From contig CAVYSY010000033.1 of assembly GCA_963771175.1 (NCBI GenBank), forward strand, positions 288,001-352,000: a DNA stretch of 64,000 nt, read 5' to 3'. Below are positions 19,619 to 31,900 of this stretch, in pieces (within the stretch, counting starts at the first letter, position 1; every line of letters begins with the position of its first letter). The position numbers and the translations under genes are program-made. The notes beneath the pieces were generated by a model. The model did not search any database, was not told where the DNA came from, and worked only from the letters and a program-made list of their open reading frames with translations. The DNA comes from an uncultured delta proteobacterium. GTDB lineage: Bacteria > Myxococcota > Myxococcia > Myxococcales > Myxococcaceae.

Positions 19619-21990
19619 TCAGCGCCGCTCGCGCACCACCAACGTCCGACGCGCGCTGAGTCCCCGGTCATCCGAGACGAGAATCTCGTGGGTGCCCGGC
19701 GAGGGAGCCCACCACACCCGCTCGTCCGCGTGCGCCTTGCCCAGGAAGATCGCCGTCCACGAACCACGTCAGCTCCCCGTCTCCGGCGGCCTCGGCCTCC
19801 AGCGGCACCTCCTGCTGCGTCCGCCGCCACGCCCGGGATGAGCAGCGCCACCTGTCCCTCTCCGGGCGAGATGATCTCCGGCGCCGCCGTGCGCCCCGCA
19901 GGCTCGCAGCCAGGTGCATGAGCGGGGGGCTGGGGCAGCAGGCGGTGCTGCTCGGTCAGCCAGCGCCGGATGCTCGCCGGCCAGGTGAGGTACACGCGCG
20001 ACTCCGTCTGCCTCCCAGCCCGGCACGTGGGGCTCACCGCCAACCCCGTCTTCACGTCCACCTCCACCCGCAGGTGATAGGGACAGGGCACGGTCGGCAC
20101 GTGGCTACGCTTCGCGTACACCCTGCGCCGCTGGGTACACGCCTCGGTGGGCAGGTGACCCGACCAGGCGCAGACCTCCACCTGGGTGAGCTCCGAGGGC
20201 ACCACCGCGTCCGCGTCCTCGAGCCGTCCCCGAGGACCCAGTGCCTCCAGGATGTCGAAGAGGATCGGCCCCGACGCGTCCGCGCCCACCAGGTGCACGC
20301 TGGGGGAGTTGTCGAAGTTGCCCACCCACACCACGGCGGTGTGCCGGGGCCCCGAGCCCGCCGCCCACGCGTCGCGGTGGCCGAAGCTCGTCCCCGTCTT
20401 CCAGTGCACCCGCGGTGGCAGGCCCGTCAGCTTGCGGCGAGCCGGGAAGTCCGGCCGATCCTTCAGGGACAGCGCACGCCGGGTGAGCCATGCCGCCCCG
20501 GGGGAGAAGAGCGCCTGTGCGTCGGCCTCGGACTGGCCCTCCTCCAGCAGCTTCAGCGGGCGCGCGTGGCCGTTCTCGGCGAGGGCCACGTAGACGCCCG
20601 CCACCTCCAGCGGCGTGAGCTCGATGCCGCCCACCGCCGCGGACAGCCCGTAGTGGCCCGGGTCCGGGTGCAGGCTCGTCACTCCGGCCAGCCGCAGCGC
20701 CCCCAGGAAGCGCTCCACCCCGAGCCGCTGCAGCAGCTTCACGAAGGGCAGGTTGAGCGACTGCGAGAGCGCGTCCTCCAGCCGCACCAGCCCCTGGAAG
20801 CGCCCGTCGAAGTTGCGCGGCGCGTAGGTGCCATACGCGACCGGGATGTCCGCCACCAGTTGCTCGGGCCCGGCCAGCCCCTGGTCGATGGCCAGCGCGT
20901 AGATGAGCGGCTTGAGCGCCGAGCCCGGCGAGCGTGTCGTGGCGAAGCCCGGGAGCTGCCCGCCGTGCGCCGTGTCGAAGAAGTCGAAGTTGCCCACCAG
21001 CGCGATCACTTCCGCGCGCTCGCGGTCCACCACCACCGCCGTCCCGTTGTGGATGCCCTTGGCGGCCAGCTCGGGAGCGGCGTCCAGCATCGCCCGCTCC
21101 ACCAGCCGCTGCGCGCCCGCGTCCAGCGTGGTGCGCAGCCGTGCCTGCCCGGGCCGCTGCGCCCGCAGCCATACCGCCGCGTGCGGCGCCTCGCGGGGAA
21201 AGGGCGTGAGCCGCGAAGGCACGGCCGTGGCCCGCACCTCCGCTAGCGCCGCCTCCGGCGTCACCCGAGCCTCCTTCGGACCCAGCGGCAGGGCCTCCTC
21301 GTCGAAGAGCCGCTGCGCCACCTCGTCCCGTGCCGTCTTCAGCCGCGCCGCGTTCTCCGGCGTGGGGAAGCGGCGGTTCGGGTTCTGTGGCACCGCCAGC
21401 AGCGTCGCCATCTCCGCCGGGCTCAGGTGCGTCGCCCGGTGCCCGAAGTACGCCAGTGCCGCCGCCTCCACCCCTTCCACGTTCCGCCCGTAGGGCACGA
21501 ACTGCAGATAGGCCGAGAGGATCTCCCGCTTGGACAGGCGCAGCTCCAACTGCGCTGCCCTCAGGGACTCGATGAACTTGGACGTCAGGGTGCGCGGCCG
21601 GGGCTCCAGCACCCGCACGAGCTGCATGGTCAGCGTGGACGCCCCGGACACCCGCCGGCCCCGCAGCACGTTCGTCACCGCCGCGCGGGCGACGGCGAGC
21701 GGATCCACTCCCACGTGCCAGTGGAAGCGCTTGTCCTCCAGCGCCAGCAACGCCCGGAGGTAGGCCGGGTCCACCTCCTCCAGCACCGTGGGCACCCGCC
21801 ACCGCTCATCCGGCGCCAGGAAGACGTGCGCCGGTGTGCCGTCCCGGTACTCCACCACCACCGAGTTCGGCGAGGAGAGGCGCTCGGGCAGAGGCAACAG
21901 CCAGGCCGCCGCGAGGGCGGCGAGACAGAGGCACAGGAGGAAGAGGGCTCCCTGGAGAACCCTCTTCCGGGAGAGACGAAGTGCCGGCAT
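19619..21990 (-). CDS. pbpC: Penicillin-binding protein 1C (frameshifts near 19750 and 19820)
   Basis: Transglycosylase EDKRF, SGASTLTMQ; transpeptidase SPGSALK, SLN, KTGT; the reframed C-terminus LTWFVDG..GTHEILVSDDRG..VRERR stops at 19619; lies downstream of A2M. Confidence 0.92.
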
Positions 21991-22033
21991 GGAAATCGAA
22001 AACCCCACCAGAGGGGTGACGTGAAGGGCTCGC

Positions 22034-23233
22034 TCAGCCCAACACGAGGGGCAGCGAGGTGTAGCCCAGGCTCACCTGGGCCGCCCGCTGCCGCACCGCG
22101 GCCGCCTCTCCCCGGCCGAGCGTGGGGTAGCGGTCCAGGAAGGCATTCAGGGTGACGCGCGCCTCCAGCCGGGCCAGCGGGGCGCCCAGGCAGAAGTGGG
22201 TGCCCAGCCCGAAGCCCAGGTGCTGGCTATTCGTCGGGCGCTCCGGCCAGAACGTGTCCGGATCCTCGAAGACGGCGGGGTCCCTGTTCGCCGCCCCGTA
22301 GAACATGTCCACCAGCTCGCCCGCGGGGATCTCCACCTCTCCCACCCGCACCGGCCGGGTCGTCACCCGGGGGAAGCGCTGCACGGGGCTCTCGTAGCGC
22401 AACACCTCCTCGAGGATGGGATCCACCAGCGAGCGGTCCTCGCGCGCCCGCTTCCACAGCTCGGGGCGATCCGCGAGCAACGCCATCATGTTGCCAATGA
22501 GGTTGGTCGTCGTCTCATTGCCCGCGATGAGCAGCACCGCGGCGAAGCTGCGGATCTCCGCATCCGCCAGCGAGGCGCCCTCGACCTCGGCCGCGATGAG
22601 CGCCGAGATCAGATCCTCCGTGGGCTGGGCGCGGCGCGCGGCGATGGCTCTATCCAGATAGGCCCCCATCTCCGCCACCCGCCGGCCCCGCTCCTCCGCT
22701 GGCATCCCCGCGTAGGCGATGACGGCCTGGGACCAGAGCCTGAAGGACGGGTAGTCCTCGTCGGCCACCCCGAGCATCCCGGCGATGACCCGCGTCGGCA
22801 GGGGAATGGAGTAGGCCGACATGAGCTCCACCGGGCCCCGCCCGGCACTGTCGAGCAGCTCGCGGACGATCCCAGAGATCCACGACTCGAGCGTGGCGAT
22901 GCGCTGGGGACTGAAAACCTTGCTCACCAGGCGCCGCAGGTGGGTGTGGTGGGGCGGGTCGTCGTGCAGCAGCGAGAGCTTGGGAAGCGTCTTGAGCACC
23001 GACGGGGACTTCGAGGAGTACGTGGCCGGATCTCGAATCGCGGCGAGCACGTCGGCATGGCGGAGCAGTGCCCAGGCATAGAGGGGCTCGGTGCGACCCG
23101 AGATGGGACCCGCGGGCAGGCGCAGGTAACGCACCGGAGAGGACTGCTGGAAGAGGCGGTAGGCCGGATAGGGATTGGCGATACCCTCGGGGGAACCAAG
23201 CACGTCCGGGGACAGCGAGTCGGGCAGGCGCAT
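22034..23233 (-). CDS. Cytochrome P450
   Basis: DPPHHTHLR, AGNETT, EEVLR (ExxR), FGLGTHFCLG heme-Cys motif. Confidence 0.95.
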   Translation of the reverse strand: MRLPDSLSPDVLGSPEGIANPYPAYRLFQQSSPVRYLRLPAGPISGRTEPLYAWALLRHADVLAAIRDPATYSSKSPSVLKTLPKLSLLHDDPPHHTHLRRLVSKVFSPQRIATLESWISGIVRELLDSAGRGPVELMSAYSIPLPTRVIAGMLGVADEDYPSFRLWSQAVIAYAGMPAEERGRRVAEMGAYLDRAIAARRAQPTEDLISALIAAEVEGASLADAEIRSFAAVLLIAGNETTTNLIGNMMALLADRPELWKRAREDRSLVDPILEEVLRYESPVQRFPRVTTRPVRVGEVEIPAGELVDMFYGAANRDPAVFEDPDTFWPERPTNSQHLGFGLGTHFCLGAPLARLEARVTLNAFLDRYPTLGRGEAAAVRQRAAQVSLGYTSLPLVLG

Positions 23234-23291
23234 GGACCGCCATGTTACCAGGACGCTCGTTCGGTCCCGAGGGCCTCGGCCTCCACATGTG

Positions 23292-23320
23292 CCCACTCCC
23301 TCCCCAAGGGAGGGAGCGGG
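23292..23320. terminator. Hairpin next to the duplicated A2M 3' end
   Basis: ctccctccc-caa-gggagggag at 23296-23316. Confidence 0.5.
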
Positions 23321-23331
23321 TGGCTTGAGGC

Positions 23332-23359
23332 CAGCAGGAAGTCCGCCCAGGGGCCGGAG
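23332..23359 (+). repeat. 28-bp direct repeat, copy 1 (duplicate of the A2M 3' end)
   Basis: cagcaggaagtccgcccaggggccggag, identical to 28940-28967. Confidence 0.93.
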
Positions 23360-23587
23360 CGCTCATGGGCGGCACCCACCATGGAGTCCACCCTGTCAAT
23401 CACCAAGCAAGCACTAAGTCGGAAACCGAATACCATCTTGCTCCTACTGTCGTTCCTCTGCCAATAGACGAGCCCAGCACCCCACGAGCGTCCTGGTGAC
23501 CTGACCCGACCCGAAGCCCTGCAGAGAGCCAGGAGAGGTCGCCTCGCCGTCCCGAGGGAGCGCAGATTCCACCGAGGGACAGTCTTC

Positions 23588-26500
23588 ATGGTCGGCATTC
23601 CAGGCTACACGCTCATCGACAAGCTCAAGTCGACTGGCACGAACATCTTGTACCACGCGGTCCGCGATGCCGATCGCCTGCCTGTGATTGTCAAGATGCC
23701 CCTGTCCGCGCACCCCGGTCCGCGAGAGCTCGAGCACTACCGTCGCGAGCACGCCATCCTGCAGCAGCTCCGAGAGGTGCGCGGCGTCACCAGGGTCCTC
23801 GGCTGCGAGCTGAGCAACGGGCGTCCGGTGCTCCTGCTGGAAGGAGATGCGGGAAAGGCCCTGTCCGAGTCCGTGGGACTACCGTTCGAGGTGAGCCACT
23901 TCCTCGAGCTGGCCATCTCCCTGGCGTCGACCCTCGCGGAGCTCCACCGCCACGGCGTCATCCACAAGGACCTCAAGCCCTCCAACATCATCCTCCTGCC
24001 CTCGGGAGAGACGCGCATCATCGACTTCGGGACCGCCACGCACCAGAGCGTCGAGCACGTGGAGGCGGCGCCCGCGAACCTGATCGAAGGAACCCTGGCC
24101 TACATGTCCCCGGAGCAGACCGGGCGCATGAACCGGACGGTGGACTACCGCACCGACCTGTACTCCCTGGGGGTGACGTTCTACGAGCTGCTGACGGGCA
24201 CCCTGCCCTTCCACGGGCGCGACGCGCTGGAATGGTTCCACGCCCACATGGCCCAGGCCCCGAGGCCCCCGCACGAGCGCATTCCGACCGTGCCCCCCAG
24301 CCTGTCCGCCATCGTGATGAAGCTGCTCGCCAAGGTGGCCGAGGAGCGCTACCAGGGCGCCGATGGACTGAAGGCCGATCTCGTGCGGTGCCGGGAGGCG
24401 CTGAGCCGTGGCGAGCGCGAGACGTTCCCCCTGGGAGAGCACGACAGCCCCACCCACTTCCAGATGCCCCAGCGGCTCTACGGGCGCGAGACGCAGGTGG
24501 AAACCCTGCTCCAGGCCTTCGAGCGAATCGCCCGGGGTGGGCGCCGGAGCTCGTCCTGCTCAGCGGCTACTCCGGCGTCGGGAAATCGGCGGTGGTCCAT
24601 GAGCTGTACCGGCCGATCGTGCAGCGGCGCGGTCTCTTCCTGTACGGCAAGTTCGACCAGTTCCAGCGGGACATCCCCTATGCCACCCTGGCCCAGGGCA
24701 TCCGAGGACTGGTGCGGCAGCTCCTGGCCGGCACCGACGCGGAGCTCGAGACGTGGCGCGGGCAACTGCGGGAGGCGTCGGAGGACAACGGACAGCTCCT
24801 CGTGGATCTGGTCCCGCAGCTCGAGCTCGTCGTGGGCAAGCAGCCGGCCCTCCCGGAGCTCCCGCCCACCGAGGCGCAGAACCGCTTCGACCGGGTGTTC
24901 CAGCGCTTCCTCGGGGTCCTCTCCACCCCCGAGCACCCGCTCGTCATCTTCCTGGATGACCTGCAGTGGGCCGACCTGGCCAGCCTCCGGCTCATCCAGC
25001 ACCTCCTCACCCACCCGGATACGCATCCGGTGTTGATGATCGGCGCCTACCGCGACAACGAGGTCAGCCCGTCCCACCCGCTGATGCTGGCGCGGGAGGA
25101 GCTGCTGAAGGGCGGCTCGCGGGTGGCCGACCTCCGGCTCGAGCCACTGAAGCTGGAGCAGCTCCAGCAGATCATCGCGGATGCGCTCCCGGGCGCGGGG
25201 CGGGAGATCGTCGAGCCCCTCGCGGAGCTGGCCCACGAGAAGACCGGGGGCAACCCGTTCTTCTTCCTCCAGCTCATGCGGACGTTGAACCAGGATGGAC
25301 TCCTGACCCGCACGCCCGAGGGCGTCTGGCGGTGGGATGCCGTGGGCGTCCGGGCCAAGGCGTACTCCGACAACGTCGTCGACTTCCTGGTGGGCAAGCT
25401 GCGCCAGCTCCCTCCGGTGACCCAGCACCTGCTGCTCCTGTCGGCGTGCGCGGGGAATGCCTTCCCACTCCAGACGCTGGCCATCATCTCCGACAAGACG
25501 GTGGAAGAGGTGGAACAGGGCCTCGAGCCCGCGCTCCAGGAAGGCCTGGTGATGCGCGGAGGCCAGGAGCAGTACCGGTTCCTCCACGACCGCATCCAAC
25601 AGGCGGCCCACTCCCTCAGCACCGAGGAGGAGCGCAAGGCCATCCACCTGCGCATCGGCCGCCTGCTGCTGGCGAGCCTGCCCCCGGAGGAGGTGCGGGA
25701 GAAGGTCTTCGACGTGGTGAACCAGTTCAACGCCGGGGCGGAGCTGATCCACTCCCCCGAGGAGCGCCAGCACATCGCGCACTTGAACGCCGAGGCCGGC
25801 TGGAAGGCCCAGGCCTCGACCGCGCACCGCTCGGCCATCGCCTATTTCACGGCGGCCCTCCAGCTCCTCCCGGGGGACCCCTGGGAGTTGGATCCCGAGT
25901 GGACCTTCAAGCTGAGCCTCCAGCGGGCGACCAGCGAGTTCATGAGCGGCAACGCGGCCGAGGCGCGCCTCCTCGTGGAGGCACTCCGTGCTCGGGCGCG
26001 CAACCCCTCGGACCTGGCGGCGGTCTCCCGGCTGCTGAACGACATCCACCTCGCCGCCGGAGAGATCCAGGCGGCCGTCACCTGTCTCCTGGAGTGCCTC
26101 GCCTCGCTGGGCATGCCCATGTCACCGCACCCCTCCCAGGAGGAGGTGGCGTCCGCCAACGCGGAGTTGTTGGCCCTCCTGGGGGAGCGCCCCATCGAGA
26201 GCCTCCTCGAGCTGCCCCTCATGACGGACCCGGACATGAAGGTGACGATGAGCGTCCTCGCCGCCCTGTTCACGCCCGCGCTCTTCACCGACAACAACCT
26301 GCTCGTCCTCCACCTCAGCCGGATGGTCCTCCTCTCCCTCCGGCACGGCAACAGCGAGGCCGCCGCGCATGGTTATGCGTGGTACGGCATCGTGCTGGGC
26401 TCCTCCCTCAAGAAGTACCGGGAAGGTCATGCCTTCGGCGAGCTGGCCCTGGCCCTCATCGAGCGCCACGACTTCTCCGCCTCCCGGGCGAAGGTCCTCT

Positions 26501-28901
26501 ACACGCTGGAGTTGCTCAACTTCTGGACGCGGCCCATGGCCCGCTCCCTGGCGCTCATCCGCGAGTCCTTCCAGTACGCGGTTCCGGCGGGTGACTTCCA
26601 GAGCGCCTGCTATTGCTGCAACCACATCGTCACGGATCGCCTCGCCCTGGGGCACGAGCTCGATGAGGTCTACCAGGAGTCGATCGCGCGCCTCGATTTC
26701 GCGCGCAAGGCCGGCTACCAGGCCGTGCAGCAGGTCATCCACCACACCCAGCGCTACGTGCAGCAGCTTCAAGGCCTCTCGCCCTCCTTCTGCTCGCTGA
26801 GCGGTGAGGACTTCGAGGAAGAGGCCTTCGAGGCCGAGCTGTCGGCGAAGAAGCACCTGAGCACCGTGGAGTGCTGGTACTGGGTCCTCAAGATGCAGTC
26901 GCGCTTCATGTGCGGCGCGTACGAGGAGGCACGTCAGGCGTCGGCCAGGGCCGCGGAGTTCCTCTGGTCCTCGTGGGGCCACATCCAACTGCTGGACTTC
27001 CACTTCTATAGCGCCCTGTCCCTGGCCGCCTGCTGCGAGGACGCGACGCCGGAAGCGCGGCGGGAGTACCTCGAGGCCCTGCGGCGGCACCACCAACAGC
27101 TCGAGGAGTGGGCGGGCCACTGCCCCGAGAACTTCCGCGCGCCCGAGCGGATGGTCTCGGCGGAGCTCGCCCGGCTCGAGGGCAGGAGGGACGAGGCGCT
27201 CAACGCCTACGAGGAGGCGCTCCAATCGGCCCGCGAGAACGGCTTCATCCAGAACGTCGGCCTCGCGAGCGAGCTCGCGGCGAGGTTCTGGCAGAAGCGG
27301 CAGGTGCCGACCATCGCCCTGGCCTACGCCCGCGAGGCCCGCGAGGCGTACCGGACGTGGGGAGCCCATGGCAAGGTCCAGCAGTTGGACGACCAGTGGC
27401 CCTTCCACTCGGGACTGGCGAATGGTGCGAGCACCCGCTCCTTCGATACGAGCTCGACGCAGGTCGACGCGCTCACCGTGGTGAAGGCCCAGCAGGCCAT
27501 CTCCGGGGAGATCGTTCAGGAGCAGCTGGTGTCCACGCTGTTGCAGGTGGCCATCGAGAACGCGGGCGCCCAGCGCGGTGCCCTGCTGCGCCCGCACGGC
27601 AACAAGCTCCGACTCGTGGCCATCTCCGGCGACGCGGAGGGCGGCACCGTGGTCCTCCCGGACGAGGGCTCCACCCACGAGCTGCCGTGGTCGCTCCTCG
27701 CCTACGTCAAGCGCTCGCACGAGCACGTGCTCATCGGCGATGCCTCGCGCCCCCATGCCTACGCCTCCGACCGGTACTTCGAGCGCGGCGGGGCCAGGTC
27801 GGTGCTCTGCCTGCCGCTGCTGCGCCAGGAGGAGCTCGTCGGAGTGCTGTACCTGGAGAACAGCCTCGCCACCGATGCCTTCAACCCGGCCCGCATCACG
27901 CTGCTCGGGCACATCGCCTCCCAGGCCGCCATCTCACTCGAGCACGCGCGGCTCTATGCCGACGTCCAGCGCGCCAGGACCGACCTGCGCCACGCCAACG
28001 ATGAGCTGGAGCGGCGGGTGGACGAGCGCACGCACGAGCTGAAGGAAGCCCAGGCCCGGCTCGTGGAGATGGCGCGTGCGGCGGGCATGTCCGAGATCGC
28101 CTCCAACGTGCTGCACAACGTGGGCAACGTCCTCACCAGCGCCGTCGTCAACCTGGAGATGATGCGCCATGCGGTGGGCGCGTCGCGAGTCGTCCGGGTG
28201 AGAGCAGGTGGCCTCCCTGCTCGAGGAGAACCGCGCGGAGCTGGCGGGCTTCCTCACGAAGGATCCGCGGGGCAGCCGCCTGCCCGACTACCTCTCCGCG
28301 CTCGCGACCGAGCTCACCCACGAGCAGACGGTCCTGCAGGAGAACCTGGACGCCATGAACAGGCACCTCGAGCACATCCGGGCCATCGTCCAGGTGCAGC
28401 AGACCTACGCCAAGAGCTCGATCCTCACCGAGGAGTGCAACCTCGCGCAGCTCATCGACGACACCCTGCGCATCCAGTACGCCGCGCTCCAGCGGCACGG
28501 CGTCACCGTCACACGCGAGGTCATCCCCCTCCCCATGGTGCGGCTGGACAAGCACAAGGTGATGCAGATCCTCATCAACCTCATCGGCAACGCCAAGTAC
28601 GCCATGGACGAGATGCCCGAGGGGCAGCGACACCTGCGCGTGCGGCTCACCGCCGAGAAGGGGTGGGCGCGCATCCAGGTGACGGACAGTGGCATGGGCA
28701 TCGCGCCGGAGGTCCGCGGGAAGCTCTTCTCGCACGGCTTCACCACGCGCAAGGAGGGCCACGGCTTCGGCCTGCACTCGAGCGCCTTGGCGGCGAAGAT
28801 GCTGGGGGGCTATCTGACGCTGGAGAGCGAGGGGCCCAACCAGGGGGCCACGGCCACGCTGGAGATTCCGCTCACGCCCGAGAGCCAAGCGGGAGGAGTG
28901 A
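23588..28901 (+). CDS. Trifunctional Ser/Thr kinase - AAA ATPase - GAF - histidine kinase (frameshifts near 24540, 28200 and probably 28890; end approximate)
   Basis: HKDLKPSN, DFG, YMSPEQ; Walker A GYSGVGKS, Walker B LDDLQWAD; GAF GVLYLEN; H-box LHNVGN; NAKYA, DSGMG, GHGFGL. Confidence 0.9.
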
Positions 28902-28902
28902 G

Positions 28903-28924
28903 CCCCCCTCCCGAAGGAGGGGGG
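28903..28924. terminator. Hairpin between the convergent kinase and A2M genes
   Basis: cccccctcc-cgaa-ggagggggg. Confidence 0.6.
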
Positions 28925-28936
28925 AAGGAGTGCGGA

Positions 28937-31900
28937 CTACAGCAGGAAGTCCGCCCAGGGGCCGGAGACCTCGACCGAGCCTCCCGCCTCGCGCGCCCAG
29001 ATGCGCGGGTCGTACATCGCCTCCGCCTCCACCGGCGGCAGCGTGAACTTGCCCGACGTCACCGCGCGCACCGCGTAGACCACCTTCTTCGACTCGCCCG
29101 CGTCGAGGCCGCCGAACACCTCCACCCGGTCGTCCCGGATGTTCACGTAGTCCGCGCTCCACTGGTCATCGGCGGAGGCCCACTCCACCTGGCCTCCGCG
29201 CCCGAGCCGAGCGTTCTCGATCTCCCAGCCCGCCGGCAGCCGGTCCACCAGCGCGATGTTCTGGATGCGCTCGCCGGAGGTGTTCTTCAGCTCCACCTCC
29301 ACGTAGACGAGGTCCGCCAGCTTCACCGACCCGCCCTGCACGTCGAGCACGTTGCCCTCGAGGTCGCGGTAGCGCCGCTCGAGGGTGAGCCCCTCGCCGC
29401 CCGTGCGATACTGCCCATCCACGCGCACGCCGTCGCTCGCGAGCACCAGGTACAGCTTGCCGTCGCCCTTCTCCGGGACCTTCAGGCTCAGGCCCTTGCG
29501 CTCGCTGGCGCGCACCAGCGCCCACGTCCGATCCGAGGCGCGCTGCTTGCTTCCCTGCTGCACGGCGACCTCCTTGCCGTCCGCCGTCAGCACCGGGGGA
29601 GAGAACTTCGAGGCCGCTCCCGCCACGCGCTTGCCCAGGCCGGTGATGCCCCAGACGAGCTCCTGGGTGGTGTAGTAGCCGCTGCGCTCCTGCTTGAGGG
29701 CCTCGGCCACGCGCTGTGCGAGCGGCTCGCCCGCCGCGTCGTTCCCGAACAGGTCCTGGAACGTGCTCAGCATGAAGCCGCGCCGGCGCCGGTCCGAGTA
29801 GAAGGACCAGCTGTTCCACCGCTCGTCCAACACGGCCGAGACGTCCGGGTTGCGCAGGTCCTTCTCGTAGCGGCGGTCCCCGGCCAGATACAGCGCTGCC
29901 TTGAGCATGTACTCCTGCTCGGCGCGCTGGCTGTCGCTGTAGAACTCCTGGCTCCCGAGCTGGTCCACGAGCTTCTGCGCCCGCGCCTTGTGGCCCTTGC
30001 CGGCCATGGACAGCACGTAGTGCATGTAGGCCTCGGCGCCGTCGTTGTAGGAGTCCGAGCCCGAGCGGTTCTCACGGCGAGCCACCTGCTGGTTCATCCA
30101 GCTCAGCGCGTTGTCGATGCGGTCCTGCGGCACCGCGTACTTGAGCTTCTGCGCGTCCAGCAGCATGTGCGTGGCGTAGGCCGTGCCCCACTCCACCGGC
30201 TCGGCGGAGCCCGGCCAGTAGCCGAAGCCGCCCGAGGGCGTCTGCATGGAGAGCACCCGGTTCACGCCCGACATCACCATGTCCTCCAGCTTCGCGTTGG
30301 CCGTGAGCGTCGGGTCCACGCTGTCGATGAGCTCGGAGACGTAGAGCAGCGGGCGGGTGGAGGACGTCGTCTGCTCGATGCAGCCGTGCGGGTATTGCAC
30401 CAGGTACGAGAGGTGCTGGAAGGACTCGGCGTAGGGGTTCGTCGTCACCCAGAACGTCGAGCGCTCGCTGGTGGGCAGCCAGCCCTGGAGGTACTGCGAC
30501 AGGTCCACCGTGCCGGTGGCCAGCTCGAGCCGCTGCACCTTCCGCTCGCGAGGGCCCGAGGGCAGGAAGGGCACGTCGAGCTGCTCGAAGGAGGTGTGTC
30601 CACCGCCCTCGGCCGTCACCTTGAGGCGAGCCGCGCCCACGGCCTGCACCGCCTTGGCTTGGAAGACGAGCGTGGCCGCCTTCCCGTCCTCCAGCTTCAC
30701 CTTGCCCTCGCTCTTGCCGAGCAGTTGCAGCGGCGACGCCATGGAGGCGGGCATCGCCATGCCCGGCACCGCGAGGTTCTCCGCGGTGAGGGACACCTTC
30801 ACGTCCTGCGCCTTGCCGGAGAGGTTGGTGACGAAGACGGGGATTTGAATCTCGTCCCCCTGGCTGAGGAAGCGAGGCAGCGTGGTCTGGAGCACGAGCG
30901 GGTCGCGCACGAGCACCTGCGCGGCGGCGTGGCCGATGCGCTTGGGGCCGCTCGTCACCACCATCACCCGCACCGCGCCGCGGTACTGGGGCAGCTTGAA
31001 GGGAACGCGCAGCTTGCCGTTGGAGGGCACCGGCAGCACGCCACTCCAGAGGGCCACCGGCTTCACCGGCTGCACACGGCCCGCCGCGCCGTCGCCGCCC
31101 TCGTCACCACCCGTGGAGCGGCTGGCACCCGCGGGAGGAATCAACAGCGTCCACCCGAGCGTCTCGTACGTCTGCACGCCGAGGGCCCGCTTGGTGAAGA
31201 GCGCCTGGAGGGGGTCGGGGCTCTGGAAGCGGGTGAGCGAGAGGATGCCCTCGTCCACCACCGCCACGGTGGCGAAGGTAGCCCTTCTCCACGGCGCCCA
31301 GCTCCACGTCCACCGTGAGGGTGTCGTTGGAGCGCACCTCCTTGGGCACGTTGAGGGTGACGGCCTGCGTGTAGTCCACGGGCTCCAGCGTCATGCTGGC
31401 CACGCCGAAAGCGCGGTCCGGCATGAAGGCCTCGGCGGACTCGAGGTGCGGGTCCTTCACCAGGAAGGTGCTGACGTAGACGTTGGGCGCGAAGGCCGAG
31501 GGCTTGAAGCTCCACGACACCTCGCCCGGCTCCACGGCCTTCCACTCGGCGGCCTGCACGCCGTCCGTCTCGGCGGTGAAGAGCATGCGGCCGCGGTAGG
31601 GCGCCTTCACCTTCACGGTGATGGAGTCCCCCACCTTCGCCGAGCGCGGCAGCTCCACCGCGAGCGAGGTGGGCCGCGCCGGCCGGGGCGTCTGGTCCAC
31701 GCGCGAGGAGGACTCGTCCCACCAGTAGTACCGGCCGTGGCCCTCGAGCTGCAGGTCCGTCTGCGCCGCGCCGGACTTCACGCGCACCACGTAGCCGCGC
31801 GGCGTCCATGGACGGCGTCACCTGGAAGGAGAACTTGCCGCCCTCGGGCTTGACGGTGGTGCGGCCCTCGCGCACGGGGCGCAGGTGGCGCTGGTAGCGC

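Noticed and set aside
23234..23587. Biarylitide-type (MxYxH) precursor upstream of the P450
   Set aside because: The minus-strand ATGs I read here give no such pentapeptide ORF
28902..31318. 1036-aa ORF 28208..31318 as a kinase fusion
   Set aside because: After the HATPase domain it crosses a hairpin and runs antisense to A2M; it is a shadow frame
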